NCBI RefSeq assembly: GCF_963921235.1
Contig: NC_086108.1
Location: forward strand, 44,642,001 to 44,706,000
Origin: Mobula hypostoma
Taxonomy: Eukaryota
Length of the DNA: 64,000 nt
Reading direction: 5' to 3'
Below, piece by piece: positions 53,001 through 64,000 of this stretch (positions within the stretch are counted from its first letter, which is position 1; every line of letters begins with the position of its first letter). A program made the position numbers and the translations under genes. Below the pieces are notes generated by a model. The model was not told where the DNA came from. It ran no database searches and worked only from the letters and a program-made list of their open reading frames with translations.

Positions 53001-54935
53001 TGAGGTTTTTAACATGGCCCACGAGGTACCCCCCGGTGGACATTTTGCGGTGCTGGAGGAAACAGTTGGTGGAATCATGAAAGAGAGTTACCGGCTGCCC
53101 AGGGGGAAAAATGTTATTGATCATGACCGACGCGAACTGAGACGGTCACCGGCTTTTGATATGCTAACAAACCTAGTCGGTGTTAGCGTGGAAATCAATG
53201 AAGCTAGGGGCCCCTTGATAAGAGGAAAAAACCATTTTGAAAAGATTAGGATGGGATCGGTCAGATGGGAGAAGGCTATTGTTTTGGCCAGGTCTACTGA
53301 TAAGGTCTCTCCCTTAATCCCCGAAGGAGTAATTAAACGACTCGCACCCATGTGTTTGATTGTCCCGAGGAAATGCAAAGAACTGGGACGTTGGGTTATG
53401 TCGGTTACAATAGGGCGGCCAAGTAAACAACACCCATATTTTTTGAGTAATTCAGTGACTAAAGGGCTGATGAACACAGAGGTGTGTATTGGCAATTTAA
53501 CACGGCTGTCTGAAGCCAGTCTGATAGTGAACCTTGAAAAAAATGAATTCGGCCACACGAGAGTCACCTACCTGGGAATTGTGGTGACACAGGGGCAGCT
53601 GGCAGCGATGCAAGCTGCAGTGCAGGCTATCGCTGACCTCCCCACCCCGACAGACAAGAGGGCCCTCAGAAGGCTCTTGGAGATGGTGGGGTACTGCAGG
53701 AAGTTTTGCAATAACTCTGCGGTCAATACCCGTCCCCCTCCTACTAAGCCCTTGCGAGAGAAAACTGAGTCGGAATGGGACGACCCTTGTTATTGTGGTC
53801 CGGGACAAAACCAAATGAGAGGTTACATTGGTCGCAATTCATCAGTGTTTTTGGCCACTATGAAGTTTGCTGAGTTGGAGCCTGGTCTAAGGGATTATTA
53901 ATAACACGTGTAAAAGGAACAGAAAATGTGATGACTGTCTGTCAAGGTGTTGACAGCTTCAAATTCTCTGTATTAGCTAAATAACTGTTAAAGATGTATA
54001 TTGTGTATGTATCAGATAATGTAGTCATGTTTGTAATTTTTACCTCCCGGTAAAAATCCTTAAAGGGGGGAAGTGTTACGAGAATACACATAAAATTAAG
54101 ATGTTTGCTGGCCTGGGCTAGCATCAGTGGCATCAGCAGTTGGTCTGCCACCTGCCCTCAGGGGAAGGAGAGATAAGGAACAATGGAGCAGCGTCTGGAG
54201 ATGTGTAATGAAGGGATGTGGGAGGAAGAGCTGTCTGGAGCGGCTCCCCCCTTTGAACCCTGAACTGTTTGAAGTGATGGACAGGCGATACCCCAGCAGG
54301 GGGATAAAAAGGGACAGGTTCGCTAAGACAGACACACACGCCACCCGAGGTAACGAGACCCTGGAAGCGGTGCGCCTCTCACGAGTGATGAGAAGTACCG
54401 GACAACGCACAGGGTGGAAAGGTACGATCAGCGGGAACCCGGTGTGTGTCCGCCCTTGCCTGGGTGCCGGGTTCACTGCAGAGGATCGACCGCATCTGGA
54501 GGAGGGGTCACAGTCGGTGACCTCAGGTGACATCACCAAGGACCCGCCCAAATGCTGTTTGTGAGCCATCCCGCTGGTCTGTGAGTGAAGCAGTGTTCTG
54601 AATGATCAGTAGTTCCTATTCTATCTCTGTCTCTCTTCCCCCACCTTGTCCATCGCCATGGCAACGATTACTGCGAACTGAACTACAAACTGGACTGAAC
54701 TTTGAGTCATTTTGAAATTGGTCATTTACCCCTAGACAACGATAGAGCTTGATTGATGCTGTTATCTTAATTCTGTGCACATGTGTTTATCATCACTGAA
54801 CTGTTGCATTTATTATCCTTTCGATTACTGTGTTGCTTGTTTCTTTAATAAAACTTTCTTAGTTCTAGTACTCCAGACTCCAACTGAGTGATCCATTTCT
54901 GCTGGTTTGGCAACCCAGTTACGGGGTACGTAACA
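50055..54935 (+). mobile_element. Full-length non-autonomous Gmr1-like Gypsy LTR element, copy B (very young)
   Basis: 862-bp LTRs 50055-50916 and 54074-54935, in which I find one difference (A50904 vs G54923). 4-bp TSD GTGT, PBS 50921-50946, PPT AAAGGGGGGAAG 54062-54073. Confidence 0.96.
51016..53901 (+). CDS. 961-aa Gag-protease polyprotein with in-frame remnants of integrase and RT/RNase H
   Basis: Coiled coil, SCAN-like capsid (LILIEQFKGCVPEGMRPYL..LADEY), CYNCGKVGHFASRC knuckle, RDTGA..LLGND protease, AHEVPPGGH integrase-ZF remnant, PSKQHPY and LIVNLEKNEF..VTYLGIVV..LRRLLEMVGYCRKF RT remnants. Confidence 0.9.
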   Translation: MEVEEFIKAPTLEALEDARKSELIAVAKRVNLAKVKSTMRREEIHRAIVEHYVSKGVFPQGELGEVSIEKPAGDAVQVQLEKLRLEHEFRVRQLEHEEKQLERQKKEREVERQERERQLEREERERDRQLEREERERDRQLEREEKQREREFELEKLKIRAEQGLVPNQGGGFRATQEVRLVPPFDDTDVDRYFLHFEKVAISQDWPRDKWVVLLQSVLKGKAQQAYSALSAEDAQRYEVVKEAILRIYELVPEAYRQRFRNARKRWDRTYLEFAREMQTYCERWCASKGVEGDYDSLLQLILIEQFKGCVPEGMRPYLDEKEAATLAATAKLADEYALTHKMKVAPSKGYQKGSQDGGESPPEKSESKPGTSEKDKVDREQSGRKSPGVVCYNCGKVGHFASRCFAPRKETGKGKAEIWNGCIELLSEPLGKDRSEKVQEGRERFISAGLVSVKERLKPVPVRIWRDTGACQSLILKSVLEFSSETQTGEVEVKGVGEGTESVPLHQIHLQSNLVSGLVTIGVRSELPMKDVEVLLGNDIAGGIVFPVVRLTGQPASMEAPPAMVNLAETFLPTLYETGCSEIRGSEGAGTDVAVARKEFVQTQERDEGLMVLAETALSDTALTRELVGYCADEEVLRKKGKSSTASADEEWGVVQKSYGDEVFNMAHEVPPGGHFAVLEETVGGIMKESYRLPRGKNVIDHDRRELRRSPAFDMLTNLVGVSVEINEARGPLIRGKNHFEKIRMGSVRWEKAIVLARSTDKVSPLIPEGVIKRLAPMCLIVPRKCKELGRWVMSVTIGRPSKQHPYFLSNSVTKGLMNTEVCIGNLTRLSEASLIVNLEKNEFGHTRVTYLGIVVTQGQLAAMQAAVQAIADLPTPTDKRALRRLLEMVGYCRKFCNNSAVNTRPPPTKPLREKTESEWDDPCYCGPGQNQMRGYIGRNSSVFLATMKFAELEPGLRDY

Positions 54936-57900
54936 GTGTAGAAAACCAGATAATTGTAAAGGGTTCACAGACTTATTCATGCAACTGTACATCAGGCCAC
55001 TAATTATTGATTACAGCTCAGTTTTCAATACCATCATATCTGCAGTACTAATCAACAAGCTCCAAAACTTGGACCTTTGTACCTCCCTGTGGAAAAAAGC
55101 TTGTGTTATAGCAGAACTGCCTGGATTGTGAACAAGCAGGTTTGTGGGGGGATTGGGGGAGAAGGATGTGGGTATGATTTGTCCTATGAGGAAAGGTTAT
55201 GAAGATAGGCTTTCACACATTAGAAGAATGAAAGGTGATCTCATTAAAATATAAACTTACTGGTGCTTGACAGGGTAAATGATCATATGAGATAAGATAT
55301 AGGGGCATAATTAAGTGATTCAGCCCACTGAGTCTGCTTCACTGTTCAATCATGGTTGATTTTACTTCAACCCCATTTTTCCGCTGTCTTCCCATTACCC
55401 TTGAACCCCTCCGAATCTAGACTCTCCTGCTAACAGAAGCTTCCCATGTTCACTTATTTAGGCCTTTCAGTATCTGGAAGGTTTCAATGAGATAGAGTCG
55501 TAGATTATTTCAGCAAAGAAACGGGCCCTTCAGTCCATCTTGTCTGTTACATGAGTTATAGGGAAAGGTTGAATTGGTCAGGAATTCATTACCTGGAGTG
55601 CAGGAGAATGAAGGGAGATCTTATAGAGCAGGACTTCCCAACTTTTTTTTAATGCCATGGACCAATACCATTAAGCAAGGGATACCTCTATACAAAACTA
55701 TGATGGATATAGATGGGTAAATGCATGCAGACTTTTTCCCCTGTGGTTGGGTGAGACTTGAAGTAGAAGGGTTGAAACATTCAAGGGGAACCTGAGGGGG
55801 AAATTCCCTCATAGGGTGATGCAAGTGTGGAAGGAGCTGCTAGTGAAGTGGTGAATGTGGGCTCAATTGTAACATTTAAGAGAGGTTTGGATAGGTATAT
55901 GGATAAAAGGTTTGTCAGAATATCATTGACCATTTAGGACATAGAAGTTTCTTCACCTTCATGTAGGGAATGAGAGTTCTCTAAGATGGCAATAGAGGCT
56001 TGAGTTGCATAGGATAATCAATACTGACTTTAGAATTATCAGAGCAAAATGCTGTTGAGTTTTAATGGTCAGCCATGATCTTATTGATCAGTGGATCAGG
56101 CATGAGTGGCCAAATGGCCTGTCTTGACTTCTTGTGACATGTGTGGTCAAAATAAAGGGTAATTTTGTTAAACTGTTATCAGTAGGGTGTTACAAGGATT
56201 AGCAGTAGGATATCTGCATTAAACACTTGAAAAACAGCACAATTTATCAATGTTTGCTAATGATGCAAGTCTGAATGGGAAAAGTAGGGTCTGTAGATAA
56301 TGCAAAGTCTTTGTAACAAGTTATCTGTGCCTTAGTGGACAACAGGGAGTGCGCAAATTTGTTTATTAATTTGTAACAAGATATCTTTGCCTTAGTGGGA
56401 CAACAGGGAGTGTGGAAATTTGTTTATTAATTTTGGTAGGAATAATTTTAAAATCAAATGTTAAACCTAACAAATACAAGTGTACAGAGGCATCTGAATG
56501 TGCTAATGCACAGAATGGGAGTGTTAGCATAAAGGTTTTCATATTTTTTTGATGGTTCTTGCTGGAAAGACCAACATTTATTGACCATCACTGGTAGTGA
56601 TGTTCCTATGCAGCTGTTGCCTTTGTCCTCTTCTGTGGTATACAAGAATTTGTAAAAAGGTTTTGTTAGAGTGTAGAGGTAAGTACATTGGTACATTTTG
56701 TTGATAGTATGATGGGTGGTTTACTAGTGAAGGAGATGCTTTGTCTTGGCTAATTTTGACCCAATTATGTTGTCATTCCATTTCTGGGCAACTGGAAAGT
56801 GTTATATCATGTTCCTGACTTGTACTGCAAAGTTTTTTTTAGTATCTGCAAGGCGGGAGATACCCAGCCTATGACTTGCATTTATATTTATGTAATTGGC
56901 TCAATTGAATTTCCAGTCAACAATAACTAATTTTTTTTTTAACTTCAGATGGTGTCGAGGCTGCAGTTCAGATTTAGTTGATTTTAATTTTTTTAGATTT
57001 ATAGTGATGGTTTTGGGGACCGAGGGGGATTAGGGATCAGGTTACAGTTTAGGGAGAGGGATGTGGGGAATTAGAGGTCAAGCCAGAGTCTGAGTCTGAG
57101 CCTCCGCTCCACATTGGAAGTTGGAAGGCCAGTAACACAGAGGTAGGATGTTTAGTGTGAAAGAGAGCTGGTCCCCCCCACGCCCCACATTGTTGAGCTG
57201 TCTACAGGTTCCAGGGCAGGCAGAAGAAAGAGGGTCCTATGACTCCCTGAGTGTGCAAATCGGTGAGACTTGAATTTGAGGCCTAGTGTTTGGGATCCCG
57301 TCATTGGCCTAGTGTTTGGCAATTGGCAGGTCCTGAGGTTGATGCCGAAGATTGAAGCCTGACAGTTGATCAGAAGTCCAAAAGTCAAGGCCCAATGGCG
57401 GAAGCCCAAGTCTGTTAGTCTTTGTCTGCTGGGGAAGTCAAAGCCGGATGTCTGTGAGCCTGAATCTGAATCTGCTGTAGGATGAAGATGGCCTGTCCTA
57501 GGGTTGGGGGCCGGGGGTGTACGTACACAGAGGAAAAGAGAGGAAAGGGGTTTGCTTTGCTGTTGCTGTTTTGTCTCTTTTTCTGTTGTGTCCCTTTTTC
57601 TGTTGTGTCCCTGTGCCGAGCATTGTGGACATACTGTGTTTGCTCTGGAATGTGTAGTCATACTTGCGGGATCCCCCCCAGCATCCCTTGGTGTGTTAAT
57701 GCTAACGATGGATTTCACTGTATGTTTTGATGTACAGATGATAAATAAATTTGGATCTTGATAATGGTAGGGGTCGTGGTGGTATTGCGGTTGAAAGTCA
57801 AGGATAGGTGATTAGACTCACTTTTTGAAGCTGCTCATTGTTTGACATTTGCTTGACTTTTGTATAGGTTTTGCTCTGCCAGCTGCGGCAAAAGAACATC

Positions 57901-59139
57901 ACATTGGCTCTTTTGAGATTTTTGCCATGAGTGTTTAATGCTTTGATAAGATCAGATTTGGAGAAGTCTATACAGATTTCATTGTAATACCTAAGGAATG
58001 TATTTTTTTTTGGAAGGAAGTGTCCTATGAGGACATGCGATTTCTCTCTGGAATTTCGTAGAATGTAAGGTGACCTTTTGAAACCAGCAGTACTGATGGT
58101 TGACAAGATTAAATGTTGAGGCTGTATATTCTCTTGGGTGGGGGGGAGTGGGAAATGGGGTTAGGAATGAGAGACTTCATTTACTGTTGAGTTGCATCTT
58201 AAGTCTACACCCGAAAGGGCAGTGGATGATCAGTATTTAAGGTAATCACATTTAAAGATGAAATTGATAATTTTTTTTTAGACACATCAATAACAGGATC
58301 AGGTAACAATGTGCACTTGATACAGAAAAATCTTAATGGTGGATCAGGAGCAAGGGGCTCCTTGGCTTTAACGTGATTGGTCTTGTGTTCTTGCCACTGT
58401 AAATATTGTAGGAAGAAGTGCATTTAAGACAGAAGACTATAATGTTATTAATTATCTTTACTTGTGTAGTACTGTGCAAAAGTCTTAGGTATGTGTAAAA
58501 AAGATGCTTTCAAAATTATGAAATGAGAAGTTTCTAAATATCAAAAAAATTACTGTAAATCACTTTTTGGTATGACCACCCTTTGCCTTTAAAACGGTGT
58601 CAATTGTCTTGAGTACACTGTTGAGCAGTTTTTTAAGAAAATCGGCTGGTATCTTGTTCTAAGCATCTTGGAGAAAAACTGTCACAGTTCTTCCGCAGAC
58701 TTTGGCTGTCTCACTTGTTTCTGTCTCTCCAGGTAATCCCAGACAGCATCAAAGATGTTGCGATCAAGTCTCTGTAAAGGCTATACTATCTGTTTCAGAA
58801 CTCCTTGTTCTTTTTGCTGAAGATAGTACTTTATTACCTTGGTCATGTGTTTGGGGTCATTGTTCTGCTGCAGAATGAAATTGGGACTGATGGTATTGTG
58901 TGATGGATGAGAATCTGCTTGTACTTCTCAGCAGTGAAGATTCTATTAATTCTGACCAGATCACCAACTCCATTTGCAGAAATACACCCCCAAACCTGCA
59001 GGGAACCTCTGCCGTGCTTCACTGTTGGCTGAAGACACTCATCCATGTTGCACTCTCCAGCTGTTCTACAGACAAACTACTTCCTGTTTCATCCAAAAAT
59101 TTCAAATTTTGGCTCGTCAGACCAGAGCACTTGCTGCTA

Positions 59140-59552
59140 TTATTGTTATTGTGAGAGGGACAGAGGAAAAAAAGGAAAAATTTTCCCTTTTTTCTTTCTT
59201 TCTTTCTCTCTCACGCTCTCTGTTCTCTCTCTCTGTCCCTCTCACAATAACTCCTTGCCTGCTCTCCATCTTCCTCTGGTGCTCCCCTCCCCCTTTCTTT
59301 CTCCCCAGGCCTCCCATCCCATGATCCTCTCATATCCCTTTTGCCAATCAACTGTTTAGCTCCATCCCTCCCCCTCCTGTCTTCTCCTATCATTTTGGAT
59401 CTCCCCCTCCCCCCCCCACTTTCAAATCTCTTACTATCTCTCCTTTCAGTTAGTCCTGACGAAGGGTCTCAGCCCGAAACATCAACTGTGCTTCTTCCTA
59501 TGGATGTTGTCTGGCCTGCTGCGTTCCACCAGCATTTTGTGTGTGTTGCTTG
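59140..59552 (+). mobile_element. Penelope terminal-repeat fragment nested in Tc1
   Basis: Matches 8860-9200 and 12170-12503, with a short inverted GTGAGAGGGACAGAG at the 5' side. Confidence 0.8.
59451..59488 (+). ncRNA. Putative minimal hammerhead ribozyme (core intact, AUC triplet)
   Basis: TAGTC-CTGACGA-AGGGTCTCAGCCC-GAAA-CATC-AACTG. Confidence 0.6.
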
Positions 59553-60382
59553 ATGTGTCTCTTGTCCAGTACACTTTCATGGCTGATCACTGCATTTCTG
59601 ATCCTCAACCTTGCCTTTTTCTTCCATGTTTCTTCAGAAGAGCTTGGACAGCACATCTTGAAACTCCTGCCGGCTGCAAAATTTCTGCTTGGGAGAGACC
59701 TTGCTGATGTTGGATGACCACCTTGTGTCTTGTTGCTATGCTCACTCTTGCCATGGTTGAAGGTTAAATTGTCACACCTATCACATCCTCACCTTTTAGT
59801 TGGTTGTCCTTCACCCAGTTTGATTCCTTCTAGACTAGTTTCTGTTTCAGTTAATCAGTTAAGTTTATCAAACTCATTATGCCATTGATCATTAGTACCT
59901 GTTCGCTATCTTTGTTTAATCACGCACAGGGCTATATACCTAGAAAATAATCGAGTCTTTATTTGAAAAGTTAGTATGTGACTTTTTTTAATGAAATACA
60001 GAAATTTCTCTGACATTAATTTTTTTTGGAAATTGAATGTTTGGAAATCTCTTGCTCTTTTCTACTGATAAAGTAATGCAGAAGGCAAAATATAAACATC
60101 TACAACAAAATTCATATTAAAAAAATCTGTGGTGCATAAGATTTTGCACAGTACAGTATGATATTGTTTAATTCTTCAGCTGGAATTGCTTCGGGTATCA
60201 ACCGCTGAACTATAACTGCCAGTACCCTATCTTGTGTCACACAATCCCGAAGTTTGTGGCTTCAAGAGCTCCGTGGCTGTCTCATTGACTGCTCTGGAGA
60301 TAAAACTTTGCTGTGTATGAGATTGATATAAATCTGATTTTTGATACATTAGAAATGTTCTTTTTTATTTATTCCTTCTTAG

Positions 60383-60477
60383 CCTGTGTTGAAGCGTATA
60401 AACAGCAAGATGAGCAATATGCTTGCAACCTAGGATGTGAAAACCAACTGCCGTTTGCTGAACAGAGACAGAAACAG
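60383..60477 (+). CDS. TMEM59: TMEM59 coding exon 3 (ACVEAYKQQDEQYACNLGCENQLPFAEQRQKQ)
   Basis: Polypyrimidine tract plus tag acceptor, CAG|GTAAGG donor, 95 nt, phase consistent. Confidence 0.95.
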
Positions 60478-60981
60478 GTAAGGCAGGAACAAAGGAGTAA
60501 ACCTGTTAACTCAGAAACACAACATAACTGTAGACATCGTTTTCAACTTCTCGACCTGTTGTACGGAATTTCTTCTGGTTACTTAGGTACAAAGTGATCA
60601 TTCTTTTGTTACTGTGTGGTAGGTATTGATAGCACTAGAGTAAATGTGGTCTGACTTTCCAGGCTACAATCTCATAGAAAATTAACAGCTAAAGGGGAAG
60701 AAAGCTGTTGCAGTGTCACTCGGTGGAGGGGGGGAGGGGGGGAGAACACAACTCTTTTTTAAATAAATTGAAGGAATAAGGAAAAGGCAATATTCAAGGC
60801 TATGAAGAGAGAACTAGGAAAGCATCGTAGACCCAGTAAGAGAATTTCTGTTGCTTTTTTTTCCCCATAATGGAAGACCTGAGAATTTTTGGTTTTGAAT
60901 TGTAGTGTACAGTTTAGCAGATAGAGAGAAAAAATCATGTTACGTCAGTCATATTGCGTGACAGCAATTGGGAATTATTAA

Positions 60982-61254
<273 letters not shown>

Positions 61255-61334
61255 TAACTAAATGTGGGGCACACATAAAGGCTAAATGATCCTAACGGGT
61301 ACTACCAGCAACCAAAAGGAGGCCAATGACTTTA

Positions 61335-62255
61335 AATAAGATAAGATAAAACTTTATTTATCCTGAAGAAATTTATTGTTGCAAGGATGCTCAGTAAGAA
61401 ATATATACTTTAAAATACACGATGTAAGCATTGAGGTACCAAAAAAAATACAAAATGTGCATTTAAAAAGTAATAGTGCAAAGTACAGATGTGCAAAGAA
61501 ACCATATACTTACATACTTAAGGAGGAGGAGTTGTAGAACCTTATAGCCACAGAGAGAAAGAGGATCTCCTGTGGCGTTCAGTGGTGTACCTTGGTGGAA
61601 TCAGTCTGTTACTAAAGGTGCGCCTTTGTCCAGTATATCATGGAGGGGGTGAGAGGGATTGTCCATAATGCTCCGTAGCTTCTGCAGCGTCCTTCTCTCA
61701 GACACAACCACCGGGGAATCTAGTTCTGCCCCCAGAACAGAACCAGCCTTCCTGACAAGCTTATCGATCTTATTGGTGTCAGCTGCTCTCACCCTGCTGC
61801 CCCAGCAGACTACAGTGTAGAATAGAATGCTGGCCACCACTGAGTCGTAGAACATCTGCAGCATAGTACTGCAGATGTTGAATGGCTGGAGCCTCCTCAG
61901 GAGGTACAGTTGGCTTTGTCCCTTCTTGTACAGAGCCCCAGGCAATCCACACAAAATGCTGGAGGAACTCAACAAGCCAGGTAGCATCTATGGAAAACAG
62001 TGCAGTTGATGTTTCGGGCCAAGACCCTTTAGCAGGAGGGTCCTGCTGAAGGGTTTCGGCCCAAAACATCAACGGTACTTTTTTCCATCGATGCTGCCTG
62101 GCCTTCTGAGTTCCTCCAGCATTTTGTGTGTTGCTTGGATTTCTAGCATCTGCAGATTTTCTCTTGTTTGTGATTGTACAGAGCCCCTGTATTTTTAGTG
62201 CAGTCCAGTTTATTCTCCAGGTGAGTTCCCAAGTATTTGTAGTCCTGGACTACAA
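61335..62255 (-). mobile_element. Rex1-type LINE 3' fragment
   Basis: ALYKKGQSQLYLLRRL..FNICSTMLQMFYDSVVASILFYTVVCWG...IMDNPSHPLH, with a (TCTTA)n-like tail. Confidence 0.8.
61940..62173. mobile_element. 234-bp fold-back Penelope-derived mini-element with back-to-back hammerhead-like motifs
   Basis: 14-bp TSD TTGTACAGAGCCCC (61926-61939, 62174-62187). Arms are inverted about GCAGGA-GGG-TCCTGC (62032-62046). Confidence 0.85.
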
Positions 62256-62549
62256 ATCAAGTTTTCTTTTTTTTTACTAAGATTCATTGTTGTTCTCTTG
62301 TCAGTGATTTTGTTGTCTTTTGTCTTTTTACAATTGTTTTGTTTTCATCGTCAAAGGAGAGTGCATTTGCTGTGTGGTTGAGGAAAAGTTCTTGTTTTAT
62401 TTCTTCACCAAATTTGGATACAGGGGAACTGCTGGAGTAATACTTGTTTCCTGAAGGGTAAAAATGTTCTAGTTATGTTATATCCAAATGGTGTGGATAG
62501 AAGAATAGCTGGAAAGCAGGAAACAGCACAAGCATAAATGAATCCTTCT

Positions 62550-63143
62550 CGGCGAAGGGTCTTACCCCGAAACGTCAATTGTGCTTCTTCCTGTGGATGC
62601 TGTCTGGCCTGCTGCGTTCCACCAGCATTTTAGAAACATAGAAACATAGAAAATAGGTGCAGGAGTAGGCCATTCGGCCCTTCGAGCCTGCACCGCCATT
62701 TATTATGATCATGGCTGATCATCCAACTCAGAACCCAGCCTTCCCTCCATACCCCGTGACCCCTGTAGCCACAAGGGCCATATCTAACTTCCTTTTAAAC
62801 ATAGCTAATGAACTGGCCTCAACAGTTTGCTGTGGCAGAGAATTCCACAGATTCACCACTCTCTGTGTGAAGAAGTTTTTCCTAACCTCGGTCCTAAAAG
62901 GCTTCCCCTCTATCCTCAAACTGTGACCCCTCGTTCTAGACCTCCCCAACATCGGGAACAATCTTCCCGCATCTAGCCTGTCCAATCCCTTTAGGATCTT
63001 ATACGTTTCAATCAGATCCCCCCTCAATCTTCTAAATTCCAACGAGTACAAGCCCAGTTCATCCAGTCTTTCTTCATATGAAAGACCTGCCATCCCAGTG
63101 TGTGTTGCTTGAATTTCTAGCATCTGCAGATTTCCTCGTGTTT
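62550..63143 (+). mobile_element. Penelope mini insertion containing a young minus-strand CR1 3' fragment (62632-63098)
   Basis: CGAAGGGTCTTACCCCGAAACGTC...CCAGCATTT|CR1|GTGTGTGTTGCTTGAATTTC...CTCGTGTT. Imperfect flanking repeat TGAATCC(C)TT(T)CT. The CR1 is nearly identical to 41930-42400. Confidence 0.8.
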
Positions 63144-64000
63144 GAATCCCTTTCTGTTTGGTGTTCAGGGCTGGGACCTCACCTTTTTAAAATTTATATT
63201 AATACCATAAGATATAGGAACAGAAGTAGGCCTTTCATCCCATCAAATCTTCTCCGCCATTCAATCATGGGCTGATCCAATTCTTCCAGTCATCCTCACT
63301 CCCCTGCCTTCACTCCATGCCCTTTGATGCCCTGGCTAATCAAGAACCTATCTATCGCTGCCTTAAATACACCCGATGACTTGGCCTCCACAGCTGCTCG
63401 TGGCAACAAATCCACAGATTTACCACCCTGTGACTAAAGTAATTTCTCCGCATCTCAGTTCTAAATGGACATCCTTCAATCCTGAAGTCGTGCCCTCTTG
63501 TCCTAGACTCCCCTACTCCCCTAATTAGATATTCCCAATCATCCAATTCCTGTTTCTATATTGTTGATTCAGAATCTAATGCAACAATATATATTATACC
63601 TAGGGCATGATTTTCAATAGATTGTTGGTAAAGCTAATGGAATGAATATGTAAGTAGGGAGATTATACTTCAGCATATGGGGCATTGGTGAAACCTCTGG
63701 AGAATTGTGTACAGTATTGATCTTTTATTTGGGAACAGTGTTTATAAAAACATGTTTAGGTGAGAAGATGCACTGGGCACTAAAGGACAGATTGTCCTAT
63801 AAGACAAAAGGCTGAAAAATGAAATTTGTGTTTGGAGTCTGGAAGAGTGAAAGGGACTTGATTAAAGTACAAAATCTTCAGGGATTTTGTGATAGATATG
63901 GTGAAAATATTTCCTTTCATGGGAGATGCTAAATTGAGAAGTTGCTATTTAAAAATAATGCATTACCCATTTAAGATAATTGAGGCTAGTTGAGAGCCTT

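Larger units (their letters stand above)
47382..54987 (+). mobile_element. Tc1-family transposon (decayed transposase ~47750-48740) carrying two nested insertions in its right TIR
   Basis: TA|CAGTTGCAAGAAAAAAGTTTGTGAACCCTTT ... AAAGGGTTCACAGACTTATTCATGCAACTG|TA. Motifs SKQLSDDLRRR..GKGYKSISK, QQDNDLKHKSKST, LNPIEML-like. Confidence 0.9.
46925..55090 (+). mobile_element. Rex1 LINE fragment split by Tc1 insertion (pieces ~46925-47381 and 54988-55090)
   Basis: HLDNSNTY | IRPLIIDYSSVFNTI rejoins across the TA target site. Confidence 0.75.
58467..60156 (-). mobile_element. Tc1-family transposon fossil
   Basis: TIRs TAGTACTGTGCAAAAGTCTTA / TAAGATTTTGCACAGTACAG. ORF 58843-59046 CLQPTVKHGRGSLQVWGCISANGVGDLVRI. 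Confidence 0.85.

Noticed and set aside
51016..53901. Domesticated SCAN/gag host gene
   Set aside because: It is flanked by near-identical LTRs and a TSD and has a paralogous insertion nearby, so it behaves as a mobile element.
56311..56431. Two-copy tandem duplication of about 60 bp
   Set aside because: Ordinary local duplication inside a decayed LINE fragment.
57152..57718. 188-aa minus-strand ORF
   Set aside because: It lies within a SINE-like or non-autonomous repeat (~56950-57760), has low-complexity composition and shows no domain.

Overview
Vertebrate genomic DNA. The repeat repertoire (CR1, Penelope, Rex1, shark/ray-type SINEs) suggests a cartilaginous fish, probably a ray; this is an inference. 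Two host genes sit head-to-head with ATGs about 350 bp apart. TCEANC2 (minus strand) has 4 coding exons and a complete CDS of about 205 aa. TMEM59 (plus strand) shows coding exons 1-4 and continues past the window. The shared promoter carries ZNF143/THAP11, NRF1-like, ETS and YY1 motifs. Most of the rest is transposable elements: CR1, Rex1, L1 and Penelope retroposons, hAT, Tc1, Tigger and Chapaev3-like DNA transposons, a 31-bp minisatellite and three Gypsy-type LTR elements. Two things stand out. (1) There are two copies of a roughly 4.9-kb Gmr1-like (SCAN-type gag) LTR element. The younger copy has near-identical LTRs and one open 961-aa ORF in which intact Gag and protease are fused in frame to catalytically dead scraps of integrase, RT and RNase H. 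Both copies share an atypical tRNA-Pro-like PBS. (2) Penelope-derived minimal hammerhead ribozyme motifs recur, including 92-234 bp TSD-flanked mini-insertions and fold-back elements with a hammerhead-like motif on each strand.
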